A stretch of 64,000 nucleotides of DNA, from positions 259,627 through 323,626 of the forward strand of contig CAZOLG010000002.1 of NCBI GenBank assembly GCA_964580935.1. Reading direction: 5' to 3'. A model generated the notes under the pieces. It ran no database searches and had not been told where the DNA came from. It saw only the letters and a list, made by a program, of their open reading frames with translations. Within the stretch, counting starts at the first letter, position 1. Each line of letters starts with the position of its first letter. The DNA comes from an uncultured Methanomassiliicoccales archaeon (GTDB lineage Archaea > Thermoplasmatota > Thermoplasmata > Methanomassiliicoccales > CAZOLG01). The position numbers and the translations under genes were made by a program. This document shows, in pieces, positions 38,834 through 46,616 of the stretch.

Positions 38834-39748
38834 TCACACCATCTGTTCCAATTCCTTAGGATCCAGATAAGATAAGAGGACCTGTCCGCAGTTGCTCTTT
38901 ATCTGATTCTCCCTCAGATCGCCTATGCTGAGATAAACATCGAATCCCTCAGATTTCATCTCTTCAACGACCGGGTATTCGGTCCATCCCTCCTCCGAGA
39001 ATACATTCACCAGGTCGTTCTTCTCGGCCTGCAGAGTGGGGTTGAGGGGGGTCATCTTGATCGCAAAGCAGTCCTTGTCGAACATCGTCGATAGCTTCTG
39101 AACATCTATAGGGTTCCTCCCATTCAGGGCGAAATTGAGTGCCACTTTCCTACCTCCGCAGAAGAAATTCTCTCCGTACTCTGAGATCTGCTCAAGGGGC
39201 ATCTTGTTCACTGGGATCAGGTAATCTCTGTAGTCCTCATCTGTGGAATGTATGGAAAACTGCAGCTGAAAGTTTCCCTTGAATACCTGCCTGTTCAACT
39301 CTGCCAGTCTGTCAAACCACTTCTCCCTCCCGGCGGGGGCCACTGTGGATATACAGGGCATATACGTCTTGGGCTCATAGGTCTCCCTGATCTTCATTAT
39401 GGTCTCCAGTACATCGTCGTTGAAGGAGGGCTCGCCTATACGGGCAAACTGGACCTTGAACTTGTCAGAGGTAATTCTTCGGTCGGGGGAATGCTCCCGC
39501 ACGACATGATTCACCTGCTGCATCATCTGGTCGGTGCTGAGGGGTCCTCCATAGAATTGACCGGCATCACAGAACTTACAATCAACAGGGCAGCCGAACA
39601 TACTAGAGATGATTATTACCCACTTCTCCTGTATAGAGGTTGCACCTCCCAGTGAGTCTACAAATTCCACATACTTGTTTTCACCACCGAACCTTGCAAG
39701 GTATGCTGTAGCCACGTCGTCTTCGCCCTGTTTATGCAGAACTCTCAT
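38834..39748 (-). CDS. Radical SAM protein, RlmN/Cfr-like fold
   Basis: SSMFGCPVDCKFC, FARIGEP, QFSIHS, PLNP, C-terminal NCGQ. Confidence 0.85.
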   Translation of the reverse strand: MRVLHKQGEDDVATAYLARFGGENKYVEFVDSLGGATSIQEKWVIIISSMFGCPVDCKFCDAGQFYGGPLSTDQMMQQVNHVVREHSPDRRITSDKFKVQFARIGEPSFNDDVLETIMKIRETYEPKTYMPCISTVAPAGREKWFDRLAELNRQVFKGNFQLQFSIHSTDEDYRDYLIPVNKMPLEQISEYGENFFCGGRKVALNFALNGRNPIDVQKLSTMFDKDCFAIKMTPLNPTLQAEKNDLVNVFSEEGWTEYPVVEEMKSEGFDVYLSIGDLRENQIKSNCGQVLLSYLDPKELEQMV

Positions 39749-40173
39749 GGAGATGCCTGCTCCAACTCAAGATTTATTGCAATATAATTTTTTGCTTTCA
39801 GATGTTATTATATTAATATAATTATGTATTATTCTTAATCAATATGTCGTCCTGATCATGGGCCGGACGGTCTCCTTGGCCCTATTGCAGCCATGGCAAG
39901 AAGCCTGAATTCCATCAGAGTGTCGTTGATACCCAATAATTCTCTTGAATACACATTGTTCCCCACTTAAATGGGGGGCTTCAATATAGTGCATCGGTCC
40001 TCAAATCTCTATCAGGTGTAGAGCCTCTGAAACAGTAACCGTGCAGAATGAACTACAGTGTACAGATATCATCTGACTATTCAGGCCTGGAGGAAAGATC
40101 GGTTATTCAAAAAATGGAATAAATAGAGGATGTAGTTTGAAGAAGTTTCACCGATGTTAATGATGAAGGGGGA

Positions 40174-40362
40174 CTATTCTTGCAGAGCTACCTGGAACGC
40201 TGCTCCCATGTTCTCTACTATTGGACAATCTTCATTACAGTTCACGCTACAGGTACAGTATTGTGGGCTCATTTCATTCAGCCACCTGGCCACATATCCA
40301 ATGGCTTCACGCTGATCTGCATTCGCATTCTCCACGAACTCTTTCAGGTCTCCTAGTTCCAT
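40174..40362 (-). CDS. Small Cys-cluster protein (62 aa)
   Basis: SD GAGGTGA before ATG 40362. Motif CTCSVNCNEDC. Confidence 0.6.
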   Translation of the reverse strand: MELGDLKEFVENANADQREAIGYVARWLNEMSPQYCTCSVNCNEDCPIVENMGAAFQVALQE

Positions 40363-40384
40363 ATTAGTCACCTCGTGCATCTAT

Positions 40385-40430
40385 CGATATTATAATATAT
40401 GAATATTACATTTTAATATTATACTATTAA
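40385..40430. promoter_or_regulatory. AT-rich divergent promoter with inverted TATAATAT/ATATTATA elements
   Basis: Nearly all A/T, lying between the divergent small Cys protein and the wHTH regulator. Confidence 0.45.
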
Positions 40431-40439
40431 GGTCGTTGT

Positions 40440-41162
40440 ATGGACGGGAACGAGATTGAAATGAATGGCAAAGTGGGCACGATAGGCGATAACCCGCTCC
40501 TCATGCACGATCGGCAACTCAGGAGAGAATTGCTCAAAGAGATCAAATGCGTGTTCGAGGGGTACTCCCGGAATGAATTCCCAGATAGATTGGAGTGCAT
40601 GGAGGATGAATTGTACTGTTCACAGCGTAACTTCTGTAAGAGCGCTCTGATCAGAGGGGTAGAGACTGCCAGCATGGCCTTCCTCAACGGCGATGCGCAG
40701 AGAACCATGGAGATCTTGAGCGAGATGGAGGAGGAGATGAAGAAGGCGGAAGCGGAGTGCGGAGTAAAAGACTGCAGAGATTATGCCCTCTCCATGCTCT
40801 CCGAAGTCAGAACCGTCTTCTCGCTGGCAATGAGGATTACCGACCGATTGGAAACGGGCGGGGAGACAGAGGAGATTCCTCAACTCGATTGGGAGGAGGT
40901 GGCGGAAAGGCTCAAGCCGCTCTCTCACCCCAACAGGCTGTCTATTCTCAACCTACTGAAGGAGGGGCCCGCCTCTTTCTCTACCATCAGCAGCGAACTC
41001 GGCCTCAGGACCGGTCATCTACAATTCCACCTGGGTACTCTGGAAGAGGTGGGCCACATTCGGAAAGGAGATCAAAGGGGGATTTATGAAATCACACTTA
41101 GGGGGATGACCGCTCTGGAGGGGGTCCAGACCTTTGCAGCCAGTAGAGTGAGCTTGGACTAA
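40440..41162 (+). CDS. ArsR-type winged-helix regulator with a Cys-containing N-terminal domain
   Basis: C-terminal LSHPNRLSIL..L...SFSTIS..LGL..GHLQFHL..L. N-terminal C..C..C and CGVKDC. Confidence 0.8.
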   Translation: MDGNEIEMNGKVGTIGDNPLLMHDRQLRRELLKEIKCVFEGYSRNEFPDRLECMEDELYCSQRNFCKSALIRGVETASMAFLNGDAQRTMEILSEMEEEMKKAEAECGVKDCRDYALSMLSEVRTVFSLAMRITDRLETGGETEEIPQLDWEEVAERLKPLSHPNRLSILNLLKEGPASFSTISSELGLRTGHLQFHLGTLEEVGHIRKGDQRGIYEITLRGMTALEGVQTFAASRVSLD

Positions 41163-41271
41163 TTCCGACAATAATTCAGAAGTAATTCTTTCTCCTGGGC
41201 AGGGCATTTCGGAGCCTCGACCGACGTCTTAGAGCAATCTATATAGGGTATCTGATAGCCTGTGTAGTACC

Positions 41272-41964
41272 ATGGACCTTGAGAAAGAACATCAAAGACA
41301 CAGAGACTTTTGGAATAGAAGAATGTCTAGAAGATCAAGATGTCAATCTCAATTCAGATATCAGACTGATTTCTACGGGAGATACAAGGAGAAGATCAAG
41401 GAACCAATACTCGATGTGGGCTGTGGAGACGGGGGCTTTCTGAAACTGCTATGCGAGAGGGGATGGAGAGACCTTCACGGAATAGACATTTCTGATGTTG
41501 GAGTGGATATGGCCAGAGAGAGTCTACGGCCATGCCTTGGAGAAGAGGTGGACAGTCGAATAAAGAGAGGAAACATGATCTCTCTTACTGATTATTATCC
41601 CCGGGAGTATTTCAACACGGTGATTTGCGAAGGTACACTACATCAGTCCCTGTACACTGGAGCGGAGATGACCCTGAGGAAGATACATGAAGTTACCTCG
41701 GGAGAAGGTCTAATTTACCTCTCCGTAAGATCAGATGCTACCGTCCCCGACAATGCCCTTCCCCTGGAGGAGAGTGAAACCTACAGACTCCCTCAGGAAG
41801 ACGGCGTGGTACGATGTTACTTCTCCAGACGGGGTATAACCTCCTTACTCGACGATGTCTTTCATATATTAGAGCTGGAGGAGAGAGAGCTTCTCACCAT
41901 AATTGAAGAGAGACCCTACAAGATGTGGATACTAGTCCTTAGGAATACCTCACCCTCCAGCTAG
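41272..41964 (+). CDS. Class I SAM-dependent methyltransferase
   Basis: ILDVGCGDG, HGIDIS, FNTVIC..TLH. Confidence 0.88.
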   Translation: MDLEKEHQRHRDFWNRRMSRRSRCQSQFRYQTDFYGRYKEKIKEPILDVGCGDGGFLKLLCERGWRDLHGIDISDVGVDMARESLRPCLGEEVDSRIKRGNMISLTDYYPREYFNTVICEGTLHQSLYTGAEMTLRKIHEVTSGEGLIYLSVRSDATVPDNALPLEESETYRLPQEDGVVRCYFSRRGITSLLDDVFHILELEERELLTIIEERPYKMWILVLRNTSPSS

Positions 41965-42196
41965 TGCACAACCACTGATTAGCTCTTGAACGGTTTCATC
42001 CCCAGAAGTAATATGAGAGTACAACTCTACACCGGGGAGGTATTTCAGACGGTTCATCAATCTGGAATTAGTGTCAGGTTCAGCATCACCAGAAGATTAT
42101 CTTGTGGCCCCAAGAAAGCATTCCTGAAGCCCTGGCCAGAGTTCTTGTCAGGCAACAGATATATATTCATGATAACTCTTCACAACGGGGACCTAA

Positions 42197-42940
42197 ATGA
42201 GGGGATCAGCCTTCGATGTCTATTCTACCAGCTCCGGGCTGAAGCAGATCTCGAATTCAGTGAGACAGAAGATTTTAAATGAACTGCAAGAACAGGATCT
42301 CAGTTTGAGTGAGATAGCTGATTTGACCAATAAGGCCCAGTCGACCCTCTCTGTACACCTGGACAAGATGGTAAAGATGGGGCTGGTGTCTTCCAGAGAT
42401 GACCCTTCCGACAATAGAAGGAAGATATTCTACCTGATCTCTGATCCAGTAGGCAGCTCAGTGGTCCCCAGAGATGATTTGAAGGAAGCTATCGGCAATA
42501 CCATCAATGATTCCATTGGAGACTCGTGCACATTCATGAAGGGGATCCTGAGGTCGGTCATACTGGGCATTGAGGCCATCGGGTTCAACATGGATCCTGT
42601 ACTGAAAGATATAGGGAAGCAAATCGGGAAGGAGCTTTCCAAACATATGGAGTCCGATTCCTTAGAGGGGGTGATCGAGAACATACAAGAGTTCTACGAT
42701 AAACACGGACTGGGGGAAGTATGCGTATACTCTTTCCTGCCCCTTACCTTAATCATCAGGGACAACGGCAACTGCTCCGATATCCCTGAGGCGACTAAGA
42801 CCCTATACCTGATTAATGAAGGGGTGCTGGAAACAATTCTGGAGAACAATTCTGAGATGTCTCTCAAGGTCACAGACAGCGAATGTTTTGGCACCGAACT
42901 CAACTGCTGTAAATATATCATAGAACCTGCGGCTCAATAA
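42197..42940 (+). CDS. ArsR-HTH plus V4R-domain transcriptional regulator
   Basis: VRQKIL..L...LSLSEI...KAQSTLSVHL. C-terminal V4R motif EG.L...EC.G....CC.Y.I. Confidence 0.85.
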   Translation: MRGSAFDVYSTSSGLKQISNSVRQKILNELQEQDLSLSEIADLTNKAQSTLSVHLDKMVKMGLVSSRDDPSDNRRKIFYLISDPVGSSVVPRDDLKEAIGNTINDSIGDSCTFMKGILRSVILGIEAIGFNMDPVLKDIGKQIGKELSKHMESDSLEGVIENIQEFYDKHGLGEVCVYSFLPLTLIIRDNGNCSDIPEATKTLYLINEGVLETILENNSEMSLKVTDSECFGTELNCCKYIIEPAAQ

Positions 42941-42984
42941 TTAAAGAAATAGAAAGTGGTTTGTTTAGGGTTCCCGCCCTCCGA

Positions 42985-44451
42985 TTATGGCGTGTACTTG
43001 AACGGATGGCGCACAGACTGTTTCTGATACTGGATCTCTTCTTCAGTGGGTCTGTTCTCCAGGGCCTTTCTGATCGCGTATCTGGCCCCCTTGTAGTTGT
43101 TGACCATCACTCTGCGCTTGTTCGCCGCCGCTGGGTGAACGAATACGTTGGCGATGATCACGATATCGTCCAGTATGGCATCGGGCAAGAACCCGTCCTC
43201 AATACTGGCGTCTACCGCCCACTTCAGTCCCTCCACAGCATGGTTGTAGATCAGGTCCTTCTGATTGCTGGTGCGGGGTGTGATGGTAGGCACTAGAAGC
43301 GTCCGTGGCCTGTCGATCACGATACGCATCTTACCGCCATCATCCACCTCGAGAGCGTTTTCTATGGCCTTTTCGACCGGGCCGTCCTTGAGCCCTATTA
43401 GAAGATCGGTGTGTGCCACTTCGTGATGGGGGGGTCCAGCGTATCCCTCACCCACCCTCAGGGAGAAGTTATCGATAACCTCCGGAGTCTGTGGTGTCGC
43501 GGGTACGCTCGTCTCTATCACACGATCAGGGCCCAGAATGTACTTGGTCTTCCGGCTCTCGATCTTTCCCAGGTTCTCCAGCTCAATTCTCAGCTCTTCT
43601 CTGTCCTCGTGCTGGAATGAGTCCCCGGGCATGGTTGGCCTCCTTGCCTTTCCCACGTCCACACCCATCATCCACAGGCCATCCTTGACCGCCTGAACTC
43701 CACCGGTGCGAACCACTATCCTGACCAGCTTTTGCATCTTCTGCTGGAGTTGGCGCGCCTTCTCCAGCTCTCCCTCCTGGACATACCTGTAGACATCCTG
43801 CCAGTAGTCAGGGATCAGGTTGGCGCTGGCCAGTATGGCTCCATCGGCCCCTTCACCAATGGCCGCCATACCCACTTCGTCGTTGCCCACCAGGATGTTC
43901 ACTTTCTCCCTCACCTTCTCGAACAGAGCTGCAGTATAGGGAATATCCCCGCTGGAGTCTTTGACTCCTATCACGTTGTCCAGGTAGGAAAGACCCTCGG
44001 TAGTCCACCATTTCTGATGGACACCAGCGCACTGAGGGATGTTGTAGAGGATCAGAGGGTAACCTAGCTGGTCCAACTTCTCATAATGCTTGTAGATCTC
44101 GTTCCATGATGGCTTGAAATAATACGGGGTGACCACCAGTGCAGCGTCCGCCCCCACGTCCATTGCCTTCTGTGTGAGACTTATGGTGTTCTTGGTGCTG
44201 CTGGCACCGGTCCCAGCAATCACTGGTTTCGTGCCGTCCACGTGATCGACGACCACTTCGATGGCTCTGGTCCTCTCGTCATCATTCATGTACACAAATT
44301 CGCCTGTGGTGCCCGCCACCACAAAACCGTCCACGTCATCCATCAGATGATCGACTAGCGCCCTCAACCTCTCTTCGTCCAGCTTCTCCTCCTTGTCGAA
44401 GGGTGTCACTATGGCCGGAAATATGCCCTTTAACCAGTCTACTCTCGGCAT
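42985..44451 (-). CDS. DapA/NanA-family class I aldolase fused to a formaldehyde-activating enzyme (Fae) domain, copy A
   Basis: GIFPAIVTPF, GTTGE, PYY, YNIP, Schiff-base GVKDS. C-terminal VGEG..G...EVAHTDLLIG, VFVHP.A, NY, RHPF. Confidence 0.88.
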   Translation of the reverse strand: MPRVDWLKGIFPAIVTPFDKEEKLDEERLRALVDHLMDDVDGFVVAGTTGEFVYMNDDERTRAIEVVVDHVDGTKPVIAGTGASSTKNTISLTQKAMDVGADAALVVTPYYFKPSWNEIYKHYEKLDQLGYPLILYNIPQCAGVHQKWWTTEGLSYLDNVIGVKDSSGDIPYTAALFEKVREKVNILVGNDEVGMAAIGEGADGAILASANLIPDYWQDVYRYVQEGELEKARQLQQKMQKLVRIVVRTGGVQAVKDGLWMMGVDVGKARRPTMPGDSFQHEDREELRIELENLGKIESRKTKYILGPDRVIETSVPATPQTPEVIDNFSLRVGEGYAGPPHHEVAHTDLLIGLKDGPVEKAIENALEVDDGGKMRIVIDRPRTLLVPTITPRTSNQKDLIYNHAVEGLKWAVDASIEDGFLPDAILDDIVIIANVFVHPAAANKRRVMVNNYKGARYAIRKALENRPTEEEIQYQKQSVRHPFKYTP

Positions 44452-44452
44452 T

Positions 44453-45880
44453 TCAGTTCACCTCCTTTGAGAAAGCCATGTCTATCGCCTCGGTGGTCGC
44501 TTCGTAGAAGTTATGATAAAGTATAGTTCTATCCAGTGCATCGGGATGAACGAATGCCTTTGTCAACATCACGTGAGTGCTCCTGAGATCGCTCGGTATG
44601 ATTCCCTGTTCCACCTTATCACTGATCGCCTTGGCTATCCCCGCCTGGGCCGGTCCGTACATGATGTTTGCCTGCCTCAAGCTCTTCAGCTGTACGGTAG
44701 GTACGATCAACGTTGATGGTTTGGCTGACAGGTTCGGTTCGAGAACACTGGGAAGGGCTTCATACCCTCTTCTCAGGTAAGTGATCTGACATGCGAATGC
44801 TTCTCCCACCGGGCTATCGTTAGGCCCGGCTACCAGGTCCACGGTGACCCTGTTCAGGTCAGTACCTGCGGAAGAACTCCCGGCCATCACCTCGTTAGAA
44901 TTCACATGCTGTGGGGAGATGCCGACGTCTTCGAATTTTTCCTCCAGAGGAACTTCCGGTAACGCGGCGGTGGGTTCTGAAGGCGGCCTCTTACCGATCT
45001 TTTCCAGCTCCAGTCTGATCTCTTCCCTGTCCTCATGAAGTATCACTCCGCCTTCCCTCATGGGGCTGCGAGTCCTGCCCATGCTCATACCCATGTACCT
45101 GAGGGCGGCTTTGACGGGGACCATCCCCCCATACCTGGTGAATATCCTGGACAGCTTCTGTACCTTCCTCTGTTCTTCTCTTGCCTCCTCGAGGTCGCCC
45201 GACATGACAGCCTGGAAGACTTTCTGCCAGATATCGGGATAAACCTGCCCGCTGGCCAGGATCATGCCGCTGCATCCTCCGGCCAGAGCGGGGAGGACCA
45301 CCTCGTCGTGACCCACCAAGACGTCAATCCTTCCTTCTACCTTTTCCAAGATCTCCATGGTGTAGGTCAGATCTCCAGAAGAGTCCTTCAGACCGATAAC
45401 GTTGTCCAATTCAGACAGATCCTCAACCACCCTCCTGGGGAGATAGTCTCCCACCGTCTGAGGTATGTTGTAGAGAATAATGGGAAGATCTGTTGACTGG
45501 GAAAGTTGCCAGAAGTGTTCATAAATCCCTTTATCAGAAGGGTGGAGGAAGTACGGGGTGACCACTAGACAGGCATCTGCACCCGCGTCCTCGGCGTACT
45601 GTGTCAGTTCGATCACCTGCTGCGTGCCCGGTGCCCCAGTACCGGCAATCACCGGCTTCTCTCCATTCACTTCATCTATGCAAACATCGAAGAGACTTTT
45701 CCTCTCATCCACGGTCAGATAGTCAAACTCCCCCGTTGTTCCACAGGGGACAAATCCGTCTACATGATCGAAAATATGCTGGATGAGGCTTCGGAATGCC
45801 TCTTCATCCAACTCCTTTTCCTTGTCAAATGGAGTCACTAAAGCGGGGAATACCCCTTCTAATTTGAGTTCTCTGGTCAT
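44453..45880 (-). CDS. DapA/NanA-family class I aldolase fused to a Fae domain, copy B
   Basis: GVFPALVTPF, GTTGE, YNIP, GLKDS. C-terminal DLVAGP..SPVGEAF, PNL..KP.TL, YGPAQAG, GIIP, FVHP.A, YEAT. Confidence 0.88.
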   Translation of the reverse strand: MTRELKLEGVFPALVTPFDKEKELDEEAFRSLIQHIFDHVDGFVPCGTTGEFDYLTVDERKSLFDVCIDEVNGEKPVIAGTGAPGTQQVIELTQYAEDAGADACLVVTPYFLHPSDKGIYEHFWQLSQSTDLPIILYNIPQTVGDYLPRRVVEDLSELDNVIGLKDSSGDLTYTMEILEKVEGRIDVLVGHDEVVLPALAGGCSGMILASGQVYPDIWQKVFQAVMSGDLEEAREEQRKVQKLSRIFTRYGGMVPVKAALRYMGMSMGRTRSPMREGGVILHEDREEIRLELEKIGKRPPSEPTAALPEVPLEEKFEDVGISPQHVNSNEVMAGSSSAGTDLNRVTVDLVAGPNDSPVGEAFACQITYLRRGYEALPSVLEPNLSAKPSTLIVPTVQLKSLRQANIMYGPAQAGIAKAISDKVEQGIIPSDLRSTHVMLTKAFVHPDALDRTILYHNFYEATTEAIDMAFSKEVN

Positions 45881-46082
45881 TGACCTCCTCTCAGAAGCTC
45901 AATATGATAGCCCCTATATTAATTTCCCCGCACCACCTTTCGTCTGTCCGGGAAAATATTGTGATAGTACCTTGGGGGTCCGGATGGCCTTTCCAATGCC
46001 GCTGCTTGTTCACAACCTGAAGAATTATGGCACCACGCCTACGAGAACGATTGAGAGATAATAATGATTTCTAAAATCTGAG

Positions 46083-46180
46083 TGGGCTCACCCGGATTTG
46101 AACCGGGGACCTCCGCCACTTCGACCCTCCCGGAATGGAGAGATGTCAAGGCGACGTCATAACCACTAGACTATGAGCCC
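46083..46180 (-). tRNA. tRNA-Val(GAC) with a 25-nt intron at 37/38 (46119-46143)
   Basis: Acceptor GGGCTCA/TGAGCCC, anticodon arm TCGCC-TTGACA^T-GGCGG, T-loop TTCAAAT. The intron forms a bulge-helix-bulge. Confidence 0.95.
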
Positions 46181-46353
46181 TTGCGGAGGCAGAATAAGGC
46201 TTTCCCCTCTAAATCTTTTTCGATGTCCTACTTTCTGGCCTGCTTTAAGAAACGGTGTTCGCACGCCCTCAGAAATGATAGGGGTGGATCAACATATTCT
46301 ATGGACCCACAAGGTATTAATTGGCAGTATATTATCAGTACATAGGGATTTGA

Positions 46354-46593
46354 ATGCAGGATATTCTATTGTTCACCAAACCTGATTGCCAGAAATGTGA
46401 TTATGTTAAGGAGAGGTTACCAGAGGGGGTGGATATAGAATTGATTGACGCCACCACCGTTGACGGGATGGCAGAGGCCGCTTTTTACGAGGTGCTGGAG
46501 GAACCCACTCCTATACTAGTGTATAATGGAGACGTAGTAACCGGCGCATTGAAGATCATCAACAGACTGGAGTCTCTGAACGAAGAACAGTAA
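46354..46593 (+). CDS. Glutaredoxin/thioredoxin-like small protein
   Basis: LFTKPDCQKCD, cis-Pro region PTPIL. Confidence 0.8.
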   Translation: MQDILLFTKPDCQKCDYVKERLPEGVDIELIDATTVDGMAEAAFYEVLEEPTPILVYNGDVVTGALKIINRLESLNEEQ

Positions 46594-46616
46594 CCACCGG
46601 TGACAGGCCTGTAAAC

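Noticed and set aside
42985-45880. Annotation of the two aldolases as dapA (lysine biosynthesis)
   Set aside because: Both lack the ASA-binding Arg after YNxP, both carry Fae domains, and no dapB, asd or lysC gene is nearby.
36300-46083. Integrated element at the 3' end of tRNA-Val
   Set aside because: The gene content looks accessory, but there is no integrase or transposase and no duplicated tRNA 3' end. Only a 9-nt match (GTGGGCTCA near 40263) was seen, which is compatible with chance.
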